From an uncultured delta proteobacterium (GTDB lineage Bacteria; Myxococcota_A; Polyangia; DRWM01; JAAZOP01): 49,072 nucleotides of DNA. A model generated the notes under the pieces. That model saw only the letters and a program-made list of their open reading frames with translations, had not been told where the DNA came from and ran no database searches. Below, piece by piece: positions 28,810 to 37,299 of the stretch (its first letter is position 1; every line of letters begins with the position of its first letter). The translations under genes were made by a program, and so were the position numbers. Where the stretch lies: contig CAMTWF010000096.1 of NCBI GenBank assembly GCA_947085355.1, positions 1 through 49,072 of the forward strand. The letters run 5' to 3'.

Positions 28810-29810
28810 CTCGCACTCCCGCTCCGTATCCGCACCGCGACCGGCTCCCCGCGCACGGGCGCGTCCCAGACCGGCTGGGAAGCCCGCTCCGCGAGGTACG
28901 GATCGTACGTCGGCTCCACCCGGTACGTCCCCGGCTCGGCGAACGCCTCCGCCGGGCAGTACCGCCCCATCTCCACGCGCCGCACGTACCTGCCGCGGGC
29001 GCCGAGCCGCACGAGCAGGTCCGCGATCGGCCGGATGCGCCACGGCCCCATCCCGCACTCCCACTCGCCGGTCGGCCCGGCGACCCGGAAGCGGAACTGC
29101 GTCGGGTGGTCCACCAGCCTGACGGCCCGGCCCGCCACGTTGCGGACCGTCAGCACCAACCACAAGTCCGACCCGCGCGCCGCGTCGGCGTCGGCGCCCT
29201 CGACGGCGAACGCCGTCCCCTCGCCGTCCGCCGCCGCTCCGGACCGCGGGCCCGCCGGACCCAGCGCGACGGTCGCGGCCCCGGACAAGCCGGCGCCCTC
29301 GCCGACGACCCCGCCCAGCGACGGATCGACCAGCACCACGCGGTAGCGCACGACGGCCTCGGCCCGGGCGGCGTCCCCGGCGAACCGATCGAGCTTCTTC
29401 CAGCAGTGGTAGGACGGGTCGAGCTCCAGTATCGCGGCCCCCCCGGGCGGAATCACCGCCGCCCGGACGTCCCCGGCCTCGGCGAGCCCGATCGGATCGG
29501 GGCTCGGGCACGAAAGGCGCCGCCGGCCCGCCCGGAACTCGATGTCGGCGAGCCGCTGGTCGAGAGCGACGGCGACCGGGGAGGGACCGTCGTTCCGAAT
29601 CGAGACGCGCAGGCGCGGCGCCGCCGCGGGCCGCTCCACCGGTCCGACGGGCTCGACCGACATGGACAGCGCCGCGACGGGAGCCGTCGCGCCTGATGGA
29701 AGCGCGGCCGCGGGTCCGCCGCCGCCCGCACCGGCCCCCGCTGGCGCCAGGAAGCCGGCCGCCACCCATCCCAACCGCCACGAACCGATTCGATATCGAC
29801 GCACCATCAT
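28806..29810 (-). CDS. Hypothetical exported protein with two similar beta-rich domains
   Basis: Signal-like N-terminus; LRVSIRNDG.. and LVLTVRNVA.. internal similarity; stop overlaps the downstream ATG (ATGA). Confidence 0.6.
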   Translation of the reverse strand: MMVRRYRIGSWRLGWVAAGFLAPAGAGAGGGGPAAALPSGATAPVAALSMSVEPVGPVERPAAAPRLRVSIRNDGPSPVAVALDQRLADIEFRAGRRRLSCPSPDPIGLAEAGDVRAAVIPPGGAAILELDPSYHCWKKLDRFAGDAARAEAVVRYRVVLVDPSLGGVVGEGAGLSGAATVALGPAGPRSGAAADGEGTAFAVEGADADAARGSDLWLVLTVRNVAGRAVRLVDHPTQFRFRVAGPTGEWECGMGPWRIRPIADLLVRLGARGRYVRRVEMGRYCPAEAFAEPGTYRVEPTYDPYLAERASQPVWDAPVRGEPVAVRIRSGSAR

Positions 29811-29873
29811 GCGGTTCCCCCCGGTTTCCCCCGCGGGAGCCAGGCTGAACGAATCCGCGGACTGTCTAGCCTC

Positions 29874-30749
29874 TTACCATGTCGTTGGCAAGTCCCCCCG
29901 CTGGATCAGCGATGCGAGGTCCATGGTCACGGCCACCGAGACGTGCACCAGGCACCCGCACCAGATCGATTTCGTCCGCAGGGCGAGCGTCCCGAGGACG
30001 ATGCCGGCCACGATCGCCGCGTTCACTTCGAGGAACGGCTTGCCGAAGTGGATCATGCAGTAGGGGACGACCGCCGCGAAGATGGCGTACACGCCGAGCT
30101 GGCGCCGCAGCGATTGGAGCAGGAACCCGCGGAAGAAGAACTCCAGCGCCACGAACTGGCCCGCGTACAGGACCTCCCACGCCAGCAGCACGCGCCAGGT
30201 CCACTCCGATCGCGGCAGGCGCCGCAGGAACGGATAGTAGGTCTGGAAGTCCGCCGTGAACGAGACGGCCACGATCAGCGGCAGCACGGCGAGGAACAGC
30301 ACGACGTAGATCCACAGGTGCTCGCGGGCGCCGCGAAGCCGAAGCCCGTAGTCCGCAAGCCGTTCGCCGGGAATCAGCACGACCAGGAGGGCGGGCAGAA
30401 GCCCGTATCCCGCCATGCGCGCCGCGGCCCAGAACGCCAGACGGTGGAACTCCACCGTGCGCCGGTCCGCGACCAGCTCGGGGAAGAGCCGGTCGAACGT
30501 GTCGCGGCCGCCGAAATACTCCATGAGCGTCAGGAACACGGCGGCGGCGGTGAAGACGAGCAACGGCCGGTGCGATACCTCGACGGTCCCCGGCGAGCGG
30601 CGGCGCGGCTTGCGGCCGGGCCGCGGCGCGTCCCGTCGCTCGTCCCCGGCCTCCTGCTCGGCGACGCACTCGCGCTGGACCTCCCGCCACGTTTCGAGGA
30701 AGAACCTGCGCGGGTGCAGATCGGCCAGGCTACCGTGGAGCAGCGGCAT
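29874..30749 (-). CDS. CPBP (Abi/CAAX-like) intramembrane glutamic endopeptidase
   Basis: Multiple TM segments; LEFFFRG, CMIHFGKP, SIW...LVH motifs. Confidence 0.85.
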   Translation of the reverse strand: MPLLHGSLADLHPRRFFLETWREVQRECVAEQEAGDERRDAPRPGRKPRRRSPGTVEVSHRPLLVFTAAAVFLTLMEYFGGRDTFDRLFPELVADRRTVEFHRLAFWAAARMAGYGLLPALLVVLIPGERLADYGLRLRGAREHLWIYVVLFLAVLPLIVAVSFTADFQTYYPFLRRLPRSEWTWRVLLAWEVLYAGQFVALEFFFRGFLLQSLRRQLGVYAIFAAVVPYCMIHFGKPFLEVNAAIVAGIVLGTLALRTKSIWCGCLVHVSVAVTMDLASLIQRGDLPTTW

Positions 30750-30814
30750 GGCGGCGCCGATAGCAGCGATCCGCCGGCGCGGTCAAACGGCCGAACCGCG
30801 AACCGCGTCCGCCG

Positions 30815-30843
30815 TTGACCGTCCGGCGTCCGTCTGGTATCCG
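30815..30843 (+). promoter_or_regulatory. Putative sigma70 promoter for holA
   Basis: TTGACC-N17-TATCCG; a divergent TTGACC (30781-30786) points to the CPBP gene. Confidence 0.4.
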
Positions 30844-30870
30844 GCCTGCCGTCCGTTTCCGGAGGGTGCA

Positions 30871-31905
30871 TTGCAGCACGCCGCGCTGGCTTCCGCGATT
30901 CGCAAGGGCGAGGTCAAACCCGCATACCTGCTGTGCGACGCTCGACCTTTCGTGATCGATGCCGTGCTCGACGCCCTTCGCGAGGTCGTCGGGGCCGGCG
31001 GCGCCGGCGGGCTCGCGTGCGAGACGCTGTACGGCACGGAGACGACGGGCGAGAAGGTGCGCGCGGCCGCCCGCGAGGTGCCCATGCTGGCGCCCCGGCG
31101 CCTCATGATCGTCCGCGAGGCCGCCGCGCTTGCGAAGCGCAACGAGGACGTCGAATCGCTGCTCGCGTACCTGGACCGCCCGTCTCCCACGACGGTGCTG
31201 GCGCTGGTGGCGGCGGAGTTCGACCTGCGGACGAAGCTGGCGAAGCGGATCGAGCAGGTCGGGGCGGTGCTGCGTCCGGAGAAGGTCAACGCGGGCGGCG
31301 CGTTGCGGTTCGCCCGCGAGCACGGCCGGGCGCTGGGGATCGACGTCTCGACGGATGCCGCCGCCGCGCTGGTGGATCTGGCCGGCGACGACCTGGGGGC
31401 GATCCACGACGCCCTGTCGAAGCTGGCGCTTTCCGCTCGGCCCGGCCTGCCTGTCGAGGCGCAGGACGTGAACGATCTGGTGGCGCCGTCCCGCCGGCAT
31501 TCGGTCTTCGAGCTGGTCGACGCCTTCGCCGGGCGGGACGTCGGGGCGGCCATGGCGCTGGTCGCCGGCCTTGTGGAGCATGGCGAGGCGCCGCTGAAGG
31601 TGCTCGGCCTGCTTGCCCGCCAGATCCGCCTGCTGATCTACGCGAAGTCCGACCCGGAGCATCCGCGCGTGGCGGCGCTCCAGCCGTTCGTCCGCCGCAA
31701 GGTCCAGCAGCAGGCGTCGCGGTTCACGATGCGCGCCCTGGTCGGCGCGGTCGAAGCCGTCCAGCGCGCCGACCTGGCGCTCAAGTCGTCCGCCCGGGAA
31801 GACACGCTCGTCCTGGAGCAGCTCGTCCTGGAGGTGGCCCGCCCGGGGCCCCAGGCAGATGCCGGCGGGCGGCGCCGGGGCGCCGCGCGGTCGACGGGCC
31901 GCTAG
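30871..31905 (+). CDS. holA: DNA polymerase III delta subunit
   Basis: PAYLL, PMLAPRRLMIVR, YLDRPSPTTVL, SVFELVDA, ADLALKSS; convergent with rpsT, a common synteny. TTG start after GGAGGG. Confidence 0.88.
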   Translation: MQHAALASAIRKGEVKPAYLLCDARPFVIDAVLDALREVVGAGGAGGLACETLYGTETTGEKVRAAAREVPMLAPRRLMIVREAAALAKRNEDVESLLAYLDRPSPTTVLALVAAEFDLRTKLAKRIEQVGAVLRPEKVNAGGALRFAREHGRALGIDVSTDAAAALVDLAGDDLGAIHDALSKLALSARPGLPVEAQDVNDLVAPSRRHSVFELVDAFAGRDVGAAMALVAGLVEHGEAPLKVLGLLARQIRLLIYAKSDPEHPRVAALQPFVRRKVQQQASRFTMRALVGAVEAVQRADLALKSSAREDTLVLEQLVLEVARPGPQADAGGRRRGAARSTGR

Positions 31906-32165
31906 GCCCTCTTCTTCGCCGCGCGGGTGAGCCGCGAGATGAGGCGCGAAGTGGTGTTGCGGGTCATCACGCCCTTGGACCGCGCGCGGTCCAGGCTGCT
32001 GACGGCCGCCTCGAGGAGCTTGTCGACATCGGCGCCCGGTCCGGCCGCGACGGCGGCGCGGAGCTTTTTCACCGCGGTCCGCACCCCGGTCTTGACCGCC
32101 TTGTTCCTCGACCTGCGGCGCTCGCTCTGTCGCGCCCTCTTCTCCGCCTGCGGATGGTTGGCCAT
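31902..32165 (-). CDS. rpsT: 30S ribosomal protein S20
   Basis: MANHPQAEKRARQSERRRSRNK..LDRARSKGVM.RNTTSR..SRL. Confidence 0.95.
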   Translation of the reverse strand: MANHPQAEKRARQSERRRSRNKAVKTGVRTAVKKLRAAVAAGPGADVDKLLEAAVSSLDRARSKGVMTRNTTSRLISRLTRAAKKRA

Positions 32166-34262
32166 CTATTCCTCCTCTTCCTCGACCTTGCGGCCGCTCT
32201 CGGCGATCACCTTGTCCTGGAGCTGCGACGGCAGCTCGTCGTAGTGCGAGAACAACATCGTGAACGTCCCGCGCCCTCCGGTTATCGACCGCAGGTCGGG
32301 AGCGTACCTCAGCATCTCGGACATCGGCACGTTGGCCCTGATCACCTGGTTCTTCCCCTTCGTGTCCATGCCCAGGACGCGCCCGCGCCGCTGGTTGATG
32401 TCGCCCATCACGTCGCCCATGCACTCGTCGGGGCACATGATCTCGACCACCATGATCGGTTCGAGAATGGTCGGCCTGGCCTGCCTGGCCGCGGCCTTGA
32501 ACGCCTTGGATCCGGCCATCTGGAACGACATGTCGGACGAATCGACGTCGTGGTACTTGCCGTCGAACAGCGTGACCCTGAGATCGACGACCAGGTGTCC
32601 GGCCCGGATCCCCCGCTTCATCGCGGCGACGATCCCCTTCTCGACGGACGGTATCCATTGCCGCGGGATCGCGCCGCCGACGATGGCGTCCACGAACTCG
32701 AACCCGCCGCCGCGCGGCAACGGCTCCATGTTGACGTAGCAGACGGCGAACTGCCCGCGGCCTCCCGTCTGTTTCTTGTGCTTCCCCTCGACGTTGTCCA
32801 CCCGGCCCTTGATCGTCTCCCGGTACGGGATCTTCGGCGGCATCAGGTCGACCTCGACGCCGAACTTCCGCTTCAGCTTCTCGACCGCGACCTCGATGTG
32901 GGCCTGCCCCATCCCGGACAGGATCACCTCCTTGGCCTCCGTGTCGTGCGTGACCTGGAGCGTCGAATCCTCCTCGACGATGCGGGCCAGGGCCTGGCCG
33001 ATCTTGTCGTCGTCCGCCTTGGTGCGGGGCCTCAGGGCGAACCCGATCACCGGCACGACGGCCGGCAGCGGCGGGAAGACCACCTGGTCCTTCTCCTCGG
33101 CCAGCGAGTCGCCCGTCATCGTCGCCCTGAGCTTGGCGACGGCGACGATCTCGCCGGCCCCGGCCTCCGTCCCCGACTCCTGCTTCTTCCCCTGCGGCCT
33201 GAGGATCGCGTTGAACCGCTCGCGGGTGTCCCGGGTGACGTTGTAGAAGCCGGTCTCGGTCCGCAGCGCGCCCGACCAGACGCGCAGCAGCGTCATGCGG
33301 CCGGTGAACTGATCGACCACCGTCTTGAAGACCTGGCCGCAGAACGGAGCGGCCGCATCGGCCGCCCGGACGATCTCCTCGTCCTTGCCGGGACGCTTGA
33401 CGGCGATCGGCCTGCGATCCGCGGGCGAGGGGCAGCTCGATACGATGAGGTCCAGCAGCGGCTGGGCGCCGATGGCCGGCGTCGCGGAGCCGCAGAGGAC
33501 GGGCACCAGCGAGCCGGACAGAATCGCCTTGCGGAGTCCGGTCAGCGCCTCCTCCTCCGAGAGGGTTCCCTGGTCGAGGTATTTCTCCGTCAGGGCGTCA
33601 TCGCTGGCGGCGATGCCGTCGATCAGCTTCTCGCGCGCCTTGGCCGCCTGGTCGGCCAGATCCCCGGGGACGGCGACCTCCTGGAAGGCGGCGCTGCCGT
33701 CCCTGGCGAAACGGTAGGCCTTGCCGCCCAGCAGATCGACGACGCCCTCGAAGCGATCCTCGCGACCGATCGGGATCTGCACCGGCACGATCCTGTCGGA
33801 GAGGCTCTTGCGCAGGTCCGCGACCGCGGCGTCGAAATCGGCGCGCTCCCGATCCATCTTGTTGACGAACACGACGCGCGGCAGGGCGAGGTCCTCGGCG
33901 ATCGACCACGCCTTGTCGGCCTGCACCTGGACGCCGTCCACCGCCGACACGACGAGGATCGCGGCGTCCATGACGGTCATGCAGTTGTGCGTGTCGAGGA
34001 AGAAGTTGGCGTCCCCCGGCGTATCGAGGATCGTCACGCGCCGCTTGCGCCATTCGCAGCTCGCGATCCCCGTCGAGATGCTCGATCCCCGCTTGATCTC
34101 CTCCGGCTCGTGGTCGAACGTCGTCGTGCCGTCGGCCACCGTACCCAGCCGCCCGATCGCCTTGGCGGCGAAAAGCAGCATTTCCCCGACCGACGTCTTG
34201 CCGGCGCCCTGGTGGCCGACCAGCCCGACGTTGCGGATCGATGCGGTGTCGTACTTCCTCAT
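32166..34262 (-). CDS. fusA: Elongation factor G paralogue (EF-G2-like)
   Basis: GHQGAGKTS, DTPG, NKMD, GMGQAH, PYRETI, KKQTGGRGQF, YHDVDSS, LEPIM; divergent switch motifs RGSSI and DTPGD. Confidence 0.92.
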   Translation of the reverse strand: MRKYDTASIRNVGLVGHQGAGKTSVGEMLLFAAKAIGRLGTVADGTTTFDHEPEEIKRGSSISTGIASCEWRKRRVTILDTPGDANFFLDTHNCMTVMDAAILVVSAVDGVQVQADKAWSIAEDLALPRVVFVNKMDRERADFDAAVADLRKSLSDRIVPVQIPIGREDRFEGVVDLLGGKAYRFARDGSAAFQEVAVPGDLADQAAKAREKLIDGIAASDDALTEKYLDQGTLSEEEALTGLRKAILSGSLVPVLCGSATPAIGAQPLLDLIVSSCPSPADRRPIAVKRPGKDEEIVRAADAAAPFCGQVFKTVVDQFTGRMTLLRVWSGALRTETGFYNVTRDTRERFNAILRPQGKKQESGTEAGAGEIVAVAKLRATMTGDSLAEEKDQVVFPPLPAVVPVIGFALRPRTKADDDKIGQALARIVEEDSTLQVTHDTEAKEVILSGMGQAHIEVAVEKLKRKFGVEVDLMPPKIPYRETIKGRVDNVEGKHKKQTGGRGQFAVCYVNMEPLPRGGGFEFVDAIVGGAIPRQWIPSVEKGIVAAMKRGIRAGHLVVDLRVTLFDGKYHDVDSSDMSFQMAGSKAFKAAARQARPTILEPIMVVEIMCPDECMGDVMGDINQRRGRVLGMDTKGKNQVIRANVPMSEMLRYAPDLRSITGGRGTFTMLFSHYDELPSQLQDKVIAESGRKVEEEEE

Positions 34263-34315
34263 GACGGGTCCTTTCCCACGGCGCCCCGGCGCCGTCCCGG
34301 CGCCCCGAGCGTCGG

Positions 34316-34344
34316 ACGCTAGCGCGGGTCGCGCCGCCGGTCAA
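34316..34344 (-). promoter_or_regulatory. Putative sigma70 promoter for fusA-rpsT
   Basis: Minus strand TTGACC-N17-TAGCGT; identical hexamers recur at 40294-40322. Confidence 0.55.
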
Positions 34345-34361
34345 AGGGTTTCGGGCAGGGC

Positions 34362-34401
34362 GGGCGGGTGCATCCCCCCAACTGGGGGGATGCACCCGCC
34401 C
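34362..34401. repeat. Perfect 19-bp inverted repeat with a 2-nt spacer
   Basis: GGGCGGGTGCATCCCCCCA-AC-TGGGGGGATGCACCCGCCC, between divergent fusA and DUF1566 genes. Confidence 0.9.
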
Positions 34402-34506
34402 TTGACCATCGTTTCGGCGCTTCCTGGCGCGACCACGGATCGCGTGCTACGCAGCCGTTCGGGAGCCGGCGGGTCGGTTGCCGGGCCCCCGAAGGAGGTA
34501 GGACGA

Positions 34507-35058
34507 ATGCATGCAACGAAACAACGTTGGGGTCTCGGCTTGGCCGCGGCGTTCGCCGCCGTGGCGACGACATGGTGGGGGTGCGACGCCGCAGCGGACG
34601 ACGCCGGGGACGTCTGGTCCGACCCGTCCAGCGGGTTGATGTGGCAGGAGCCGCCCGCTGCCGAGGAGATGGCTTGGGACCGCGCGGTCCAATACTGCGA
34701 CAACCTGGTTCTCGGCGGGTTCGATGACTGGCGTCTGCCGACGATCGGCGAGCTGCGGTCGTTCATTCGCGGCTGTCCCGATACGATGACCGGCGGCTTG
34801 TGCGGCGTCACCGACCGCTGTCTGAACGGCGGATGCCGGACTTTCGGCTGCGACGGGTGCGGCCTCGGTGGGGGTCCGGGTTCACGCGGGTGCTACTGGG
34901 ATCCCCTCGTGACGGGCGTTTGCCACTTCTACTGGTCGTCGTCGTCGGTTTCCGGTTCGTCCTCCTATGCCTGGTTTGTGGCCTTCAACCTCGGCAACGT
35001 GCACGCCGGCGACAAGGTGTACGGCACCTATGTCCGCTGCATTCGTCGCGGACCGTGA
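34507..35058 (+). CDS. DUF1566/Lcl-domain (C-type lectin fold) lipoprotein; candidate DGR target 1
   Basis: GGAGG RBS; signal ending WWGC; DPSSGLMWQ, DDWRLPTIGELRS, YWSSS, AWFVAFNLG, YVRCIR. Confidence 0.88.
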   Translation: MHATKQRWGLGLAAAFAAVATTWWGCDAAADDAGDVWSDPSSGLMWQEPPAAEEMAWDRAVQYCDNLVLGGFDDWRLPTIGELRSFIRGCPDTMTGGLCGVTDRCLNGGCRTFGCDGCGLGGGPGSRGCYWDPLVTGVCHFYWSSSSVSGSSSYAWFVAFNLGNVHAGDKVYGTYVRCIRRGP

Positions 35059-35182
35059 TTTTCGGTCTTTGGTGCTTTGGCTCTTTGGTCCTTGTCACCT
35101 GCGCTGGGCGGCGATCGCCTTCGGGCCCGGTCCCGCCGATTCACGGTCGAGGCGCGGGGCGTCCGGCGGCACGCTTCTCCGG
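34615..35182 (+). repeat. 568-bp direct repeat, copy 1 (DUF1566 domain + 124 bp of 3' non-coding sequence)
   Basis: Colinear without indels with 38140-38707 (constant offset 3525). Confidence 0.92.
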
Positions 35183-35266
35183 CTCCGCGGCCGGTGCGTG
35201 CGGCGATGGGGGTGGTTGATGCGGTCGGGTTTCGTTCGGGAAGATTGGACGACCTCGTGCTAGACT

Positions 35267-35614
35267 GTGGCCGTGATGGAGACCCCGGCGCCGATCCCGA
35301 TCGATGACCCGGTCCTGGCCGAGATCGTTCGCCGGCTCGTGGGCCCCCTCCGCCCCGAGCGCGTCTACCTTTTCGGATCCAGGGCAAGGGACGACGTGAC
35401 GGAGGAGAGCGACTACGACATCCTCGTCGTCCTGCCGGGCTCCGGGGAAACGCCACGCCAGTTGACGGCCGACGCCCGCAACCTGCTGTGGGGCCTGGGT
35501 GTGCCGGTAGACGTCCTGCTGTGGACGCAGGGGGAATTCGACCGGCGCCTCTCGGTCATTGCCTCGCTCCCGGCGACGGTCGTTCGCGAGGGCAAGCTGC
35601 TCTATGCCGCCTGA
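35267..35614 (+). CDS. Minimal nucleotidyltransferase (MNT) antitoxin-type protein
   Basis: VYLFGSRARDD..SDYDILVV, VDVL, REGKLLYAA. Confidence 0.9.
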   Translation: MAVMETPAPIPIDDPVLAEIVRRLVGPLRPERVYLFGSRARDDVTEESDYDILVVLPGSGETPRQLTADARNLLWGLGVPVDVLLWTQGEFDRRLSVIASLPATVVREGKLLYAA

Positions 35615-36007
35615 ACTTCGGGACGAGGTCATCGAGTGGCTTTCCAAGGCACTTTCGACGCCGCCCAAGTGCTGACCGCGTCCACGCCGCGGCACACGGG
35701 GATCGCGTGCTTCCTGTGCCGGCAAGCGGCGGAGAAGGCGCTCAAGGCATTCCTGGTCTGGCGTCAGACGTCGTTCCGCCGGTCCCACGACCTGGACTAC
35801 CTGCTCAACCTCTGCGCCGCGGGCGCGCCGGAGTTCGAGGAGCTGCGAGCGGCGGCGCGTACGCTGACCACGTACGCCGCGGACTTCCGCTACCCGGGCC
35901 GCCGGGCGGACCCGCCGATCGATGAAACGCACGCGGCCATCCATTTGGCCGAGGCAGTCGTGACGTTCGTCGTCGAACGCTTGCCCGAGGAAGTCCGTCC
36001 CAGGTAG
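35604..36007 (+). pseudogene. HEPN-domain protein, frameshifted near its 5' end
   Basis: ATG 35604 overlapping the MNT stop gives MPPELRDEVIEWLSKA then hits TGA. The rest (DAAQVL..QAAEKALKA..SHDL..RYP) is in another frame; total length 404 nt is not a multiple of 3. Confidence 0.75.
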
Positions 36008-36096
36008 GCGGTGGCTTCGCGGGCCCGCAGGCAACCCGCGCGCCGGCGTCGTCCAGGATTCGTGGGGGGCCGAGCGGATGAGGGAGTTGGACCGAC

Positions 36097-37257
36097 ATGA
36101 TTGCCAGGATGCGTCTGACGGTGGTTCTCGTGCTGGTGGCGACGACCGCGAATGCGGCGGCGCAAGACCAGGGCGCGACGGCGGCCTCGCCGCAGCCCGA
36201 CGAGGAGGCGCGACGCGGGCAGGCGAGGCTGCACTTCGAGCGCGGCAACGGGCTGATGGACGTCGAGGACTGGGACGGCGCGATCCTGGAGTTCGAGCGG
36301 TCGCTGGAGCTGCACCCCACGCGCGCGGCGCTGTTCAACCTCGCCAACTGCCTCGAGGCCGTCCGCGCGTACCGCCACGCGATCGGCGCCTACGTGCGGT
36401 TCCTGCATGAGTATCGTGACGCGGCGAGACCGGAGGAACTCCAGCGCGTGGCGGAGCGATTGCAGCGGCTCAGGTCGCTCGTCGCCGAGATCGCCGTCAA
36501 CGTGAACGTCCCGGGGGCCGAGATCCTCGTGGACGGCGAGAGCGTCGGCACGGCGCCCCTGGTCGAGCCCGTGCAGGTGGGCCCCGGCCGGCACGCGTTC
36601 GAGGCGCGGGCCGAGGGCTACGCGACGGCGCAGCGCGTGGTCCCCGTCGCGTCGGGCGATCGCGTCACGATCGATCTGACCCTGACGGAGATCGCGCGGG
36701 TCGGCGGCCTGCGCGTCGAGGCGAACGTTCCGGGCGCCGAGGTATGGGTGGACGGCGCCTTGATGGGCGCGGCGCCCTACCGCGGCGAGATGGCCGAGGG
36801 GGAGCACGAGATCCGCGTTGCCGCGCCGGGGTATGCGGACCACGTGCAGACGATCTCCGTGGCGACGGGGGACGAGCGGATCGTCACGGTGACGCTGGCG
36901 GAGCCCGGGGGGACGCATCCGGCGTGGTTCTGGTCGATGGTGGGGCTCACGGGCGCCGCGGCCGTGGCGACCGCGGCGCTCGGCGCCGTCGTGCTGGTGA
37001 AGGACGACGACTACGCCAACGACCAGGGCCGCACGGTCGAGATGCAGGACGAGGGCAAGCGCCTCGTCATCGCGACCGACGTGTCCCTCGGCATCGCCGT
37101 CGCGTCCGCCATCGCGGCGACGGTGCTCGCCTTCACCACCGCCTGGGGCGGCGACGAGGAGGCAAGGCCGGCCGCTTCCACGCCCCGGGTTGACGTGGCC
37201 GGGTCCATCGGCGCCGCGGACGGCGGCGCCGCGGTGTTCCTGATCGGCCGGTTCTAG
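36097..37257 (+). CDS. TPR + PEGA domain protein
   Basis: Signal peptide, ARLHFERG..ALFNLANC TPR, two PEGA repeats (NVPGAEILVDG, NVPGAEVWVDG), WFW hydrophobic C-terminal hairpin; paralogue of 6133-7335. Confidence 0.87.
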   Translation: MIARMRLTVVLVLVATTANAAAQDQGATAASPQPDEEARRGQARLHFERGNGLMDVEDWDGAILEFERSLELHPTRAALFNLANCLEAVRAYRHAIGAYVRFLHEYRDAARPEELQRVAERLQRLRSLVAEIAVNVNVPGAEILVDGESVGTAPLVEPVQVGPGRHAFEARAEGYATAQRVVPVASGDRVTIDLTLTEIARVGGLRVEANVPGAEVWVDGALMGAAPYRGEMAEGEHEIRVAAPGYADHVQTISVATGDERIVTVTLAEPGGTHPAWFWSMVGLTGAAAVATAALGAVVLVKDDDYANDQGRTVEMQDEGKRLVIATDVSLGIAVASAIAATVLAFTTAWGGDEEARPAASTPRVDVAGSIGAADGGAAVFLIGRF

Positions 37258-37258
37258 C

Positions 37259-37290
37259 GATTTCGGATTTCGGATTTCGGATTTCGGATT
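37259..37290. repeat. Heptamer tandem repeat (GATTTCG)x4.5
   Basis: Directly visible between the PEGA stop and the RBS of the next gene. Confidence 0.92.
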
Positions 37291-37299
37291 GAGGGTGAG

